Shown: positions 26,081 through 39,523 of the stretch, in pieces | Position numbering within the stretch: position 1 is the stretch's first letter | How the letters are laid out: each line of letters starts with the position of its first letter | Source: Lama glama | Taxonomy: Eukaryota | DNA length: 64,000 nt | Assembly (NCBI GenBank): GCA_028534125.1 | Contig: CM052818.1 | Span: 12,402,001 to 12,466,000, forward strand | Direction: 5' to 3' | Made by a program: the position numbers and the translations under genes | The notes under the pieces: model-generated | The model's input: only the letters and a program-made list of their open reading frames with translations | What the model was told of the DNA's origin: nothing | Database searches by the model: none

Positions 26081-26744
26081 GTAAGTATAATGTGTTTTGC
26101 TTCAAAACTGTTTCCAATTTTAATATATATAGAGAAAAAAATCATATAGTTTATATATAAGAATTTATCTTTTAGTATAGGGTAAGGGGTCTTTCCCTTT
26201 TCAAATTAGTGTTTCAGCATATGACACATTCTCACTTTCTGTATTCCTTATCCTCACATAAGATATGCCCCTAAAATAGTAACTGATTTCCGTAAGCCAT
26301 ACACATACTCTAGGTCCTTCTCTGGGGCACAAGAGAGAGAACATTCCTCTTCTCTAGGGGAAAGGGAAGGAGAAAGATTCCTACAGCCTCCGAAGTCCAG
26401 CCTGCCTTCAGCTGCTCCATCTCTGGTGGGCAGTCTTCATGCAGTCAGGACAAGCCCAGAGTATCTGGCTTCAAGGACCTGGGGACGAGAGCCATCCAGT
26501 CTGACCTGATCCTGTCACGCCCCTCTCCCCTTAATTCAATTACCATTTCTCCTGCCTTCCTAGCTAAACCTCTGTGAGTCTGTGGAAGTCAAATAAACGC
26601 CTTCTACCTAGAAACAGTTCCGCAGACACAGAAATAAGTTTCTGGGAATTTTACGCTATTAATCTAAATATTATCACCTGGGACTCTTGTCATTAAAAAA
26701 GATAAAATATTGGATTTCTATTCCCTTAATCAGAAAACTATGCT

Positions 26745-27785
26745 TTTTCTTTTTTCTTTTGAAATAATTTTAGACTTACAGAAAATTTACAAAAATGTAC
26801 AGAGGATTCCTTCATGACCTTTACCCTGTTTCCACTAACTTTAATATTTTCTGTAACTCTAACACAATGATACAGACTAAAAACTAGCAATGTAATAATA
26901 CTATTAATTTGCTAAAGACTCTGTTCATCTTTCACCAGTTTTCCACTATGCCTTTCTTCTAGTCCAGGATACAATATAGGTAATGCCACATTGCATGTAT
27001 TTGTTGTCTGCTTAATATCCTCCAACCTGTGACAGTTCAGCTTTCTTTCTTTGTCCTTCGTGACCTTGGCATTTTTGAAGAGTACTTGTTACTTATTTTG
27101 TAGACTGTCACTCATTTTGGGTTTGTCTGATAACTTTCTGCTGACTAGACTGAGGTTGCATTTTTAGTGAGAATACCACAGAGGTGGCATGCACTTCTCA
27201 GTGCATCTCATCAAAGGGTTAAATGGTCCATATATCTTTTTACTGGTGATGTTAACCTTGATTGCTTGGTGAAGGTGGTGTCTGCTGGGTTTCTCTACTG
27301 TGATAATTTTTCTATTTGAAATGAATAAATATCTTAGGGGAAGTGCTTTGCAATCCTGCAAATATGCTGTTTCTCCTTCAGTTTTTTACTCACTAATTTC
27401 AGCATCCGTTGGTGGATCTTTTCTGCAACATTTATTATGGCATTCTACTAGTGATTTTCTGTTTCCCTACTTTCTTCTACGTTTATTTATTTACTTATGT
27501 ACTTATATCTGTGTGGACTCATTTATGACTTTACAATTTTTATTCTATGGGTTATAATACAATACTATCATTACTTATTTTGCACCACAAATTGTGACCA
27601 TTGGGAGCGCTTTCAGGAAGGCTGTGTCCTTTTGACATGGCTCCATCCTTTTACTGCCACCATATAATGCTCGAAGCTCATCCTGTGTTTTCCCTGCCAC
27701 AGAGCTTCAACCACTTCTCCAAGTATCCCTGGTTCTTTTTTTTTTTTTAATCAGTGAATGATGTTTAGACACCAAAAGCTAAAAA
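26745..27785 (-). mobile_element. L1MC4-like 3' UTR
   Basis: ttttgaaataattttagacttacagaaaatttacaaaaa start; ctggtgatgttaaccttgattgcttggtgaaggtggtgtctgc. Confidence 0.8.
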
Positions 27786-27816
27786 GATCTACAGTCGTTC
27801 CTACTTTGCCATGGAA

Positions 27817-28028
27817 AAGGGGTTGACAAATTTTATAAGTGGCCAGATTGTAAATAGGGTTTTCCAGGCCGTACAGTCTCTGTTGTGAGTGCTTAATTCT
27901 GCTGCTGTAGCACAAACTCAGCCATAGACAATAGGTAAATGTATACATGTGGATATGTTCCAATAAAACTCTACTTACAGAAATAGGTGGTGGGCTGGAT
28001 TTGGTTCATGGGACTTGTTTGCCACCTG
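27817..28028 (+). mobile_element. MER58A hAT-Charlie MITE
   Basis: aggggttgacaaa...ggccagattgtaaata...cagccatagacaat...gttccaataaaact...tttgccacctg. Confidence 0.9.
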
Positions 28029-28376
28029 CTCTAAAATGACAAGCCAGGTGCTGATTTTCATATATAAAAACAAAAACAAAAACCTAGTATGTTTTCATTT
28101 TCTCTGGTGAGGAACATACTGGAGTATCCCGGAATCAGCTTCAGTGTTTTTACTTTTTAGAAATTTTGGATTATTTGTATTCAAAAAAGGGAAAATGGTA
28201 ATTTATATTTCTTATCTTCTTTAAATCCTTGGACATGTAGATGGTGCAGTATTTATTTATTTTCAGGTGAATCAATCATGTTAGAGTAATACATGGAATA
28301 TCAAAGATAACTAAGTGAAAATTTAATGGTACAGAGGAAGTAGGAAAGACAGGTTCTGGACCTTGCTCTGGAAAAT

Positions 28377-28450
28377 GGGTCAGCAAACTTCGTAAATGGC
28401 CAGATTGCAAATCAGCTTTGCAGGCCACGCAGGCTCTGTTCCAGCTGCTT
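28377..28450 (+). mobile_element. MER58 5' fragment
   Basis: gggtcagcaaactt...ggccagattgcaaat...ctttgcaggccac. Confidence 0.7.
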
Positions 28451-29949
28451 GCCTGGGGAGCATCTTGAAAAGTTTCCTGGAGGAGGTAAGGACTGAGATT
28501 GACACCAAAGAAGGGATGGGACTTGAGTCACCTACAAAAGAAGACATCAAGGTGATGATTCAGGGATGATATGAACAAGAGAGGGAGAAGCAAGTTGAAA
28601 ACATACAGGAATAACAAGTAGCAAACAAGAGCTATAGCCATTCAGAAAGGGATTTCGGAGCCAAGCCTAACCCTGCTAGCAGCTCTGCTGATCACACACA
28701 TTTTAGTAATTGGCTATCTTTCAAATCATCTTGCTTTATTAAAAGCAGTTGACATTATACTTTGTAGGTTTAAATGGTCCTACAGAATTTTTAAACAGAT
28801 CTTTAAGTGAGTTAAGTGAGGTTTAAATTATAATTTATTAATTTTTCATGTTAATATATCGGTACAACTTTTCCCCTACTATTTGCAAGCTTTTTAGTTT
28901 TGTAATGAGCAGATACTGCTGAGAAAATAATCTTGTATGATGCAAGAAAGTTTCGTTTCATACTCATTTCTGTGACAGACGTTTTGCTCTCCAGTAAGTG
29001 TACAAGGAGCTGAACAATGAATTTTTAAATGTTTGAATCTAATTCTGCTTTCATTGGGAATCAAGTATATCCTGCCTCAGTGGATGCAACCCTAATCCCA
29101 AAGGCAGGCCATTCTGTTACCTTTAGCCTCTGTAGTGTCTGTGCTAGCTTCTGAGTAAGATAGTGACTCAGATGGACAAAGGAATATCAGTTTGTTTAGG
29201 AATATCCTAAGAATTAATCCATCATTAATGGTTAATGAAATCTGATTCCATGAGATGAGGTGACTTCTTAAGTAAAATCAGACTCTTCATTTAAAGTATA
29301 TTACCAAAATTTTTCTTATCCAGTTGCCTTAAGTGTTCTCATTTAGAGGTCACTAAATCCATCATTATTTGTGCTCCAAAGAAGATTTGTAAAAATAAAT
29401 AAATAAAAATGAAATGTAGCTATATTTTGAGCTTTTTGTATAAAATCTGGTATTATTGAATTAAGCAGATACTTGATTCCTGACAAGTTACCACTACTTA
29501 GATAGGAAATAATTACTATAATATTATAATCAAACATTCTAAAACCACACTTTTTTTTAATGGTGTTTAGTGGGTGACCAAATATTTTCTATATGAACTG
29601 CCATATGTCCAGGAGTGCGAATGATTTCCTTAGTGGGCAACCTACTCACACTTGCATGCATATCTATGGTAGGGAACCTTCTTAAAGGTCAACCTGGTTG
29701 GCATCCTCTCCCTTATTCTCATAATCTTTCTGCCCTTTTCATTCAGGTGTGTCTACCTTTTAGCCAACTTTTCTGCCTGCCTTAATAGACCCTGCGTCAT
29801 GTTCCGTGGTGGGCACTGCACACTGCATCTTCCCAACCTGTAAACATAGACAACGTCCCTTCTTTTTCACTTTACTTGAAGCCCAAAGAGAAAGTATATT
29901 AGATTTTTCAAATGTTCTCTGATCCCAAGGACCATGTTCTATGACCATC

Positions 29950-30345
29950 CCAAGAATGACTCTTCACCATTCCTTGAAGATGGCTGGTACATCCCTTTCT
30001 TCTCATGCAGATCTTGAAATGGTCTCCTCTCTTATTAGCTCTCCTCAAAGCTCTGCCTTGCTTTAAGACTCCAGGTGAGTTCCAGACTCTCCTTCAGATC
30101 TTTGCAGACCCGACTCCACCTTTGGTTCTCAGTGACCTCTGCTTCCTGTGGACCCTGCGTGTCCCACTGGATCCCCTACAGATGACCTATTTCATTGTTC
30201 CTTCCCTCTGTGCACATTCCCATCTCCCCCAGCAGATTGCAAGTCCCACCCAGAAGGGAAACATGTCCTATGCCTCCCCAGACAGTCTGTAGGACCTAAC
30301 AGCATGCCCAGCCAAAGTCGGCCTGCAGTAAATGTTTGTGAGGAG
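29950..30345 (+). mobile_element. L2 3' end
   Basis: cagattgcaagtccc...cctaacagcatgcccagcc...cagtaaatgtttgtga. Confidence 0.55.
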
Positions 30346-32769
30346 AAGCAATGGCATTCATCAAGCTTTACCTTCATCTAAGAGGGATATTTAAAAAGCT
30401 ACTGTACTGCACCAAAGTGCCTGCAATAATTTTGGTATCCCCAAAGAGACAAATCTGTTGAAAGACAAATCAGAGTGCCAGGTACTCATGTGAGGATTTG
30501 TAAGCAAGTTAGACTGCAGCAAATCAGTACTCATTTTTTTTTCAAGCCATAAAATATTGTGTAACATAGACAAGGAGACAGTCTCACTCCAGTTTAGGAT
30601 GTCTGCTGAGTGAGCAGGCATTAATTGAGAAGTCAAACATCCTTAATTTTAAGATTAGCGGAAAGCCATATAAACTGAAGTTTGAGTATTCCCCAAATGT
30701 TCAGGACCCTAACAGATTTCTGCACATGAAATATTATTTTACTGAGTTCTGTAGAGATTTACCAAATCCAATAGTATTAGTGTTACGCATTTGGGAGCTC
30801 CAATGGCTAATCTCTGTGCTGTAAAAAGGAAAAGTGATAGATAGCCGTGAACAATGTGGACAAGCCACATCTCCCTGGGAATTCAGTGCCGAGTTTCATC
30901 TTTAGAGCCAAGATGTTACATAACGAAAAGACACATGGATTATAAGAGAATTTCACCTTTTAGGAGGTGAAATTTTTTGGTGACTCTTTTCCGAATGTTT
31001 CAGCTGTTAGTGTGATCTGTCAAGACAACCCACTGGGATCAAGCCAGCTTCTGTAAGTCGGCTAATCGAGGTCCAAATCTCTGAGAGCAGCAACAAACCA
31101 GGGTGGTTTCTATCAGAACCTTGTATAGTTGTGTGTCTCGAGTTTACTTTGTGAAAAACATTGGAAGCACTTTGTATAATCTAATTTGACTTAAACAGTT
31201 TAGATAAATTATCATAAAGCCAAAAAGAAGTTTCTCTCATTGTGAAGTTGTTTCTTTATGATGCAAATGTTTTTTTATATTAATCTCCTGATAAAATCTT
31301 AATAGCAACCAACTACTAACAGATACCACAGATCTTTTGTTTTATGCTTAAGAACTACACTTGTCTATGTTTTTACTAAAAGTTTAAGACATTTGAGTTA
31401 AGAAAGGAAGCCCCATTTTGGTTCTTGGTTCATACAATAAGAATAGACCAGAAAATAAGATATTTATAATGAACTAGGGAAATTCCTATTAAATACAATG
31501 TCAAGTCTCTAGGAATGATTTTCCTAATCTCCTCTGAAAGAATAATTTTTATCTTTAAAATTATTCCACTATATATATATGTCTTTTCACCTTCTTCACA
31601 CCTGTTAAATAAACTTGTCATTTTTACAGCCAATTCTGAAAGAGAGTTCTTCACTCCTCTCCTTGGAGACCTAGATGTAACCCATCCAGTCTCTGGGGTC
31701 GACCTCCATCTCCTTGGAAAGGCTGGCTGCATGATTTGATAGTCACAACTGTCATTATCATCCAGCTTGGCACATGCCTCTAGGGTTTCCCTTGAGTGAG
31801 GGTCTGAACTGTGCTGCCCATGTGTCCTCATACCAATTATAACCTCCATGCAGTTATCTAAAAGGGAGGGAAAAAATGATCAACATCATTCCCAGCCTTG
31901 TAATGAGGAAGCAATTTTCCCTTATTATAACTGGCTAAATATGTGCAGGCTGACCCTCAAGGACCCTCCGCACCATCTTCCTGTCCCTCTGGAAATCATG
32001 GTCAAGACTCACTTTCCATTTCAGATTTCCTCAACTGTTACCTGTTTCATTTATTTCTCTTAATCTCCGTCTTATTCCATCTTTATCTTGACTGAACTGA
32101 ATGCGTTTTCTCACTCTGTGCCCCCACCATGCCTATTTTTGATGTGTTCCTCATTAGAACCTGACTTCTGTTTCTCATTTCTTGCTTTCCTGCCACTGGA
32201 CTCCCTTACCACAAATTTACTGCTTGGGCACCAGTGGAAGATTATTCTCCAGCATCCAAATGATCCAGCAGATTCCACCCTCCCTTCTTTTAGTCACTTC
32301 TAAGACCCTCGTGTGCCTTATACTTTTGTTCAAAGAATGTATATTGTGTTTGTCTGTTTTAACCAGAAACAGTGCTACATGTTGGCTGTAGGCAATCAAA
32401 ACATTAGTTACATTGTTGAAAGACAGAAGGAATTTATCATCATTTTTTAACCGTCTACGTCAAGTAGAGGTAATTCAAAGACATTGCATGAATAAGTCAG
32501 TATTCCCTATTTTGGAGCATAAGGAAATCATCTCTTAAGATTTGATGAAAAACTGAGACATTACAGAAAAACAGTTTTGGACACCTGTGTATCAGTGGCT
32601 CCTCCCTTCTGACATATAACCCTGTGGAGCAGTCCTAATCTACTAAGAAGCCCTCGACTGAGGGACTAATTCACTGATTAAAGCTTTTATACTCAGGATT
32701 TTTGCTTAGGCATATGGAAGAGATTAACCTAGTATATGTCTAATCTAATATCTGTTCTTCCTTTTCTTC

Positions 32770-33215
32770 CTTGGTAATGCAGCCTCCAGTTTTTAGGGAG
32801 GCACATGCCAAGCTGAATAAAGATTTCATTTCTCAGTATCTTATCAATTTGCCATGTGCACCTTCTGCCAAATGATATGTAAGTGGACACAGTTTGTGTG
32901 GGCTTCTAAGAAATCTTCCAAGCCTTGGTGCATTCCCATTGACACTTTTTTATTCTATCCTCCATCCTGTTTCCTGATTATGAGGCAGATGGCTGGACCT
33001 CTAACAATCGTACAGGACTGGGAGGTCAAGGGCCATTTCCTAGGGATGTTGAAACAGTGAATTAGAAAAACCCGAGTCCAAAAACTTCATAAAGTGGAAC
33101 ATCATATCAAACAATGAATAATTTTATGTGAGAGAATGAGAAATAAACTATGTTGTTTAAATCATTCTTGTTTTGGTTTTCCCTGTCATATACAGCCATG
33201 TGTAATTCTAATTCT
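32770..33215 (+). mobile_element. MLT1 (MaLR) LTR
   Basis: 3' end gagaaataaactatgttgtttaaatcatt...ttccctgtcatatacagcc. Confidence 0.55.
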
Positions 33216-33399
33216 AATTGAGTTGGTGGCTTTGTGGTGAGTTGGATAGATGGAAGAGAAATATTAGTGGATTATGACTGTACAGTTTGCTTATGGAAGG
33301 CATGGAGTCAGAAATTATCTAACTGGGTTTAGGTTGTGGCCACATTTAAATCAGATGTTCATAGTCACTTTATCTATCCCTAGAGACATTTGCTACTTT

Positions 33400-33690
33400 C
33401 CTAATAACTTTGCACATCCATTAAAGGAAAATTTTCCAACAGAATCTGACAGGAAGGCAAAGGTATATATTTGTACATGTTCATTGTAATATTATCTGTA
33501 ATAGAAAAATATTTTAAGTAAGCTAACTATTCATCAGTGTAAAATATGTTAAATAACAGTGGTATATCCATACTTTGGCATATTCCTCAGCTCCTAAAGA
33601 TGATATAATATGTATCTATTAAAAATATTGAGTGTAAGTAAAATGAAGAGGTGTTCATAACATATTGTTGAGTAAAAAAAAATAAGATTC
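33400..33690 (+). mobile_element. Old L1M 3' fragment
   Basis: atgttcattgtaatattatctgtaatagaaaa...gtggtatatccatac. Confidence 0.6.
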
Positions 33691-34211
33691 AGATTTTTTG
33701 GTCATTATGCCATTACAAATTCTCTAAGGCACCTCCTCTGCTCTACACATATGACATATAGACACTATGTAGAATGAGGAAATCTAAAAGGTGTAGTTAC
33801 GCTCAAAGGTAAGATAAATACCTCCATGGTACAGAAACTGAAAGTGGTAGGCAGCATAAAGCCACCAGCCTACCAGGTTCTAGGTAAGAAAACAGGCTGA
33901 TATGGCCAGGAGTTTGGCTACTGAAGGTAAGAGAGAATAAGAGCATCCATAACAGAACATTAGCTAGGACTTCTCCTTATGTAATGTTTCATGAAAAGAG
34001 AATCTAGAAGATAAAGGTACAACCACATGCCTAGGAAGTAAATCATTGTTGCTTGCTGGCTTGAGAATTGATGACATCCCCAATGTATTACAGTGCAGAT
34101 GCTTTTAATACGTGACCCCATCTGCCTGTGGTCCCAAGTGGACTGACTGGTAGCAATTGCAAGAACACTGGAGAGAGGTGCACACACAGAAATAACTTCT
34201 TTCTTCACATG

Positions 34212-35422
34212 CATGCCCAGGAGTGGAATTGCTGAATCATATGGTGGTTCTATTTTTAGTTTCTTGAGGAACCTCCATACTGTTTTCAATAGTGGCTGCA
34301 CCAGTTTACATTCCCACCAACAGTGTAAGAGGGTTCCCTTATCTCGCTTCCTCCACATTTGTTATTTGTGGCCTTTTTGATGATAACCATTCTGACAGGT
34401 GTGAGGTGATACATTTCTCTGATTTGCATTTCTTTGATCTATATTTCTCTGATGATTAATGAGGTTGAGCATCTTTTCGTGTACCTGTTGGATATCTGTA
34501 TGTCTGCTTTGGAAAAATGTCTTTTCAGGTCTTCTGCCCATTTTTTAATTGGGTATTTTTTTGATACTGAGTTTTAAGAGCTGTTTATGTATTTTGGATA
34601 TTCACCTCTTATCAGTCATATCATTTGCAAATATTTTCTCCCATTCAGTAGATTATCTTTTCATTTTGTTGATGGTTTCCTTTGCTGTGCAAAAGCTTTT
34701 AAGTTTCATTAGTTCCCATTTGTTTATGTTTGCTTTTGTTTCCTTTGCCTTAGGAGACAGGCTAAAGAAAAACATTGCCACAATTTATATCAAAGAGTGT
34801 TTAAGTTATGTTTACTTTAAGGAGCTTTATGGTTTCCAGTCTTACATTTAGGTCATAAATTTATTTTGATTTTATTTTTGTATGTATGAGAAAATGTTCT
34901 AATTTTATTCTTTTATATGTAGCTGTCCAGTTTTCTCAGCACCACTGATAAAAGAGACTGTCTTTTCTCCATTGTATATTCTTGCCTTCTTTGTCATAGA
35001 TTAATTGACCATAAATGTGTGGGTTTATTTCTGGGCTTTCTGTTCTGTTCCATTAATCCATATATGTCTGTTTTTGTGCCAATACCATACTGCTTTGATT
35101 ACTGTAGCTCTGTAGTATAGTCTGAAGTCAGGAAGTATGATACTTCCATCTCTGTTCTTCCTTCTCAAGAGTGTTTTGGTTATATAGGGTCTTTTGGGTT
35201 TCCATACAATTTTAAAATTATATGTTCTAGTTCGGCAAAAAATGCCATTGGTATTTTGGTAGTGATTGCATTAAATTTATAGATTGCCTTGGGTAGTATG
35301 TTCATTTTAACAATGTTAATTCTTCCTATCTGTGAACATTGTATATCTTTCCATCTGTTTGGTCATCTTCAGTTTCTTTCATCAGTGTCTTATAGTTTTC
35401 CAGGTACAGGTCTTTTCCTCCT
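34212..35422 (-). mobile_element. LINE-1 ORF2 C-terminal fragment
   Basis: ORF 33960..34358 begins with L1 C-terminal [39 protein letters not shown]; continuous antisense L1 ORF2 to ~35420. Confidence 0.95.
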
Positions 35423-35519
35423 TAAGAATAATTTTGTAAGGAGATCCATACCTTATAAATTATTTCATTTTTGAAAAGTACTGGTTATATAGGAAAGAAT
35501 ATATGCTTGATATGTTCCC

Positions 35520-36420
35520 TTTATATGCCAATTAAAAAAATAATTTATTTGTTTAGACACTTCCAAAAAAGATTACTATCTTTTTTCTAATGAATGGATG
35601 GTGGATGATACTAAATGTACTTAAATGTATTTGATGTGTTTCAAAATATTGCAGTTATGTTTTTACTCATGGTTAGATTGTTTTATCTTTGTCCAATGGA
35701 AACCTCTTCAAGTTGTCTCCTGGGTATTTTAACATGACATTAATAATCCTTGTTAACTTTCTTGCTGTCTAGGTATGAAAAAATCTTTGGGTTCATCCTA
35801 AAAAATTTCTGATGTTAGTGGGACCTGTACTGGGCAAAATATTCTTATTCCCTGTTGTGTGATATGGTGCTTAGAAACTATAATTTAATCACTAGGATTT
35901 TTCATTGCCCTTGGATTAGTTTTGGTTTCTAGATCTTTTTTAGTTTTCAGAACTAAGAAGTAATTTTTATTTATTTTATAAATATAAAATACATTGTATC
36001 TCATTTAATTATGTAATATATTAGCAATTGAGTAATAATTAATAAAATTAATTCAAACTCATGAGTGTAGGGCTTTTCTTAACCTCTTTGATCTTATCTC
36101 TTAATCTCATTTGGATTTCAGTGTAACTAAAGTAATTATTTGCTTATATTCTGCAGTATGCATGTTACAGACTCATATAACATCACCATTATTACAAACA
36201 CTGTAATTACTGAAAGCAATTTCAAATTTAAATTTCTTTTATTTTTATCCTTCAGAAATTTCGTGCTAGGATTATTCAGTTAAAGTATTTCTTCATATTC
36301 ATTGGAAATTTTCCTCTCTGTGTGGTTATACTGCCAAGTTAGTACAAAGTTTGGTTTATATAATTTATTTTGCTTCAATATTCAGCAATTAACTCTTTAA
36401 AATTTAATTTTGTATTATAA
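35520..36420 (-). mobile_element. Old L1MC/L1ME 3' UTR fragments
   Basis: ttgtccaatggaaacctcttcaagttgtctcctggg, tgcttagaaactataat. Confidence 0.55.
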
Positions 36421-37142
36421 TTATGTAAAATGTTTACATAGATTAAAGAAAAATATATCAAATGTGTTACTTTTGGAGAAGTATTTTTTCTATTCCTTTC
36501 CTTCCAGTGCATTCCCTCCTTCCCTTTAAATGTAAGAATATTATACATACATAGAGCCACATATGGTTTATTTTTATACATAAATGCATATGCACACATA
36601 CACATACATACACACACTTATATTCAGTATTCAAAAATGCTGAATGAGAACTGAATGGAAATTTACTATACCTTGTGGGAAATTAAATATTTACATTAGC
36701 AAGTGAATATAAATTATTTGAAAGTATAAAATGTAATATTTCAATTAAGTTGTATTGTATTTGCCTATATTTTCTAAATTCCATTGTCCAAGTAATTCTG
36801 AATAAAATGGCATTGGCACAAGACTGTGCCATTGTGACTTTCCTTTAGTGAAAATGCTGCTACCACAGCCCTGACCATACAATGCACTTTAGCATTTGCC
36901 CGTTTGTATATATTCCTTGAACACATGCCTTACATTTAGTTCCTTTTTGAAAACAGTAAGAAAGAGTTAACAAAAGTTATATCCACAGTTGCTAATTTAT
37001 ATAGCATTTCTCAGCATAAAGCTAAACATTTTCTATATTCAATTCAGTATTAAATACCAGTAGCTCAATGCTTTGATCAACACAGCTAATCACAATTTAT
37101 GCTCTAAGATCCTCTACAGTGGTCTTGTCTAGTCAAACTCTC

Positions 37143-37617
37143 TGTATCAGTTTGAATTATGTTTGACTACATGTAACAGAAACCTAACCAAAATAGCTCA
37201 ACCAAATAGAGGTTCACTTTTCTCACATTATGAGAAATCTGGAGGCAATTAGTTCAAGATTGGTACAGCTGCTCAGCAAAGGTCCAAGAATCTTTTAAAA
37301 TTCCTGCCCCATTATACTTTTCATATGGTATTTATTTTTTCATTGTTTCAAAATGGCTTTTCTGCCTCCAGGAATTATGTTCATATTCTAGGCAGACAGA
37401 AGGGGGGATGAGTAAAGAATACAACTGCCAGCTTTTTTTGCTACGTGAAAATAGATTTTCTGTAAAATCTACCTACCAGATTTACTCCTTTGTATCATTT
37501 GTCAGAACTGGATCACATGTTCATTGCTAGTCACACTACTGCTCTGAGAACGATTGGAGCTCCCTACAGAAGACAGAAAGAATGGCTACTGGACAAGTAA
37601 CCAAGACTCTCTGCCTT
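37143..37617 (-). mobile_element. Old MLT1 (K/L/M-type) LTR
   Basis: tgtatcagtt...gtaacagaaacctaaccaaaatagctcaac...gtcagaactggatcacatg. Confidence 0.7.
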
Positions 37618-37789
37618 GTGCTTTGAATTCTTGTCAATGCTATTTTAAGGTTGTTGTTTTTTTCTCAAAAGCAATATATGCCTTATGCTACTCAGTTAAG
37701 TGAATATGAACGAAGTCTGCTTCCCTGAGCACCAGCTATTTGTTTTTAGGTTTTCAGGGATAATCATGGAAAAATATTTTACAGCTGCT

Positions 37790-38175
37790 TGTATTAGGTT
37801 TCTAGAGCTGCCATGATCAAGTACCAAAGAATGAGCGGCTCAAACAATAGATACTTATTTTCTTACAATTCTGGAAGTTAGAAGTCTGAGAAGAAAGTGT
37901 CAGAATGGTTGATTTCTTCTGAGGGCTCTGTCTTTGTCTTGTGGATGGCCATCTTCTCCCTGTGTCTTCAGTCTTTCTTTTTTGTGTCTCTCCATCCTAA
38001 TCTCGTTATAACAACAACAGTTACATTTAATTAGGGCCCAACCATATGACCTATTTTAATTTTAACTCAATTACCTCTTTAAAGACCCTGTTTCTAAATA
38101 CAGTCAAATTCTGAGGTACTGAGGTTAGGACTTCAGCATATGAATTTTTGAGGGGCACACTGCTGAAGTTATGAA
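37790..38175 (-). mobile_element. MLT1B-like MaLR solo LTR
   Basis: tgtattaggtttctagagctgcc...ttctggaagttagaagtctgag...aaagaccctgtttctaaatacagtc...gttaggacttcagcatatgaattt. Confidence 0.9.
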
Positions 38176-39523
38176 CAAGAAACAGCAATAAGAAATCAAA
38201 ACAAAAACAAACCAAAAGAGAGAGGTGATAAGAGACTTTTTCTGGGTCATCCATTTCAATTTTTAAATTGTGTCAACATTTCGAACCCCATCTCACTGGT
38301 ACCATCTCAAAAAGGGAACCAGAAAAAATGATTTAGCCAAATATAAAACTAATATTGCCAGATTATTTCCAATTCCTATGATTCATAGATTCTAATGGCT
38401 TAATAAATGACTTTGTTTAGCTGAAATAGTAGAATCAGGTAAATGCAGTTATTCACACATTAAAATGTAGGGAAATATCAAACCCAATTATGTTAAGTTC
38501 AAGCACATCTCTCTGGGATTTGTGAAAGATATTTAAGCAAAGAGACATGCTTCTTTCATAGTCTAATTTGCTTGTACCTGTCTACTTAGATTTATAGTGA
38601 TTTGTCCTTGGTTTGTATGTGTTTACTTGAAGATGACAATCAGTTGCAGATGCAACAGACAGCTGCATAACTTTGGAATATTTTTGTTAATTAACTTGGG
38701 TTCAAATTCTAATAACACGTGTGAATTATTACTAGGGTACTAATGAAGTGTGGGAAAAAATGCTCTTGCTCTTATCTGGCTTATTTTTCTGCTATTTTAT
38801 GTCACATACAGTGTCTAGAAGCATGTTGAAAACAAAACAAATGCCAGCAATGATGATGTTTTACGTGAGTTATAGAGGAAAGTAGGAAAGGATACAATCC
38901 AAACAAATATAAATTTTATTGGTTTTAATTAATGATTGGGAGTCAGTTGATACAGAAAATCTCTCATTCATTAAATAATTATAGTAATTATAGGTTGCAG
39001 ATTAGACAGAGATCTTAAGAGGCAGGAACTGACAGAGTGGGTTTAGCAGCATGAGCTGGAGGTTATTATTGTCAGCAGTGAAGTATTTGCTAAATACTGT
39101 CAAGCTGAACTATCTAGGGAGGATCTTCAAAGGTGAGCATTTGAAAGAAGACCACTTGAAAAAAAAGCGGCTAGTTTGATGCCAAGGAGATAATCACTGC
39201 ATGAAATGATGCTGAATTAGGTCCTGATGATGCAGTGCCTCATGCCTGTTTCTTCTTCCATCTCTTCTTTGACTAATGTGAAGATTGTGAGCAACAAGCC
39301 CACGACTCAATGCTTGCATGGCCGTCTAAAATAAAACAGTCTATCACAAACATTCTATGTCAAATCAGTGAATTAAATAAACCTAAGTTAATCAAAAATA
39401 TAGAGCTATTATTTAAAGATATCTTGTCTAGTCTAAGTATATGAGATACAGTGTTAGCCTATTGTATAGAAGGTTGCAAGATGATAAATATTTCTTTTTA
39501 AAGTAGAACAGGGCATATGTTGA

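Noticed and set aside
31430..31849. 139-aa minus-strand ORF and the overlapping plus ORF after a ttttacag acceptor-like site
   Set aside because: No recognisable homology and no convincing paired splice donor; compatible with chance.
34069..34146. Box C/D snoRNA-like TGATGA...CTGA
   Set aside because: No terminal stem, imperfect box C context and no recognisable guide; these short motifs occur by chance.
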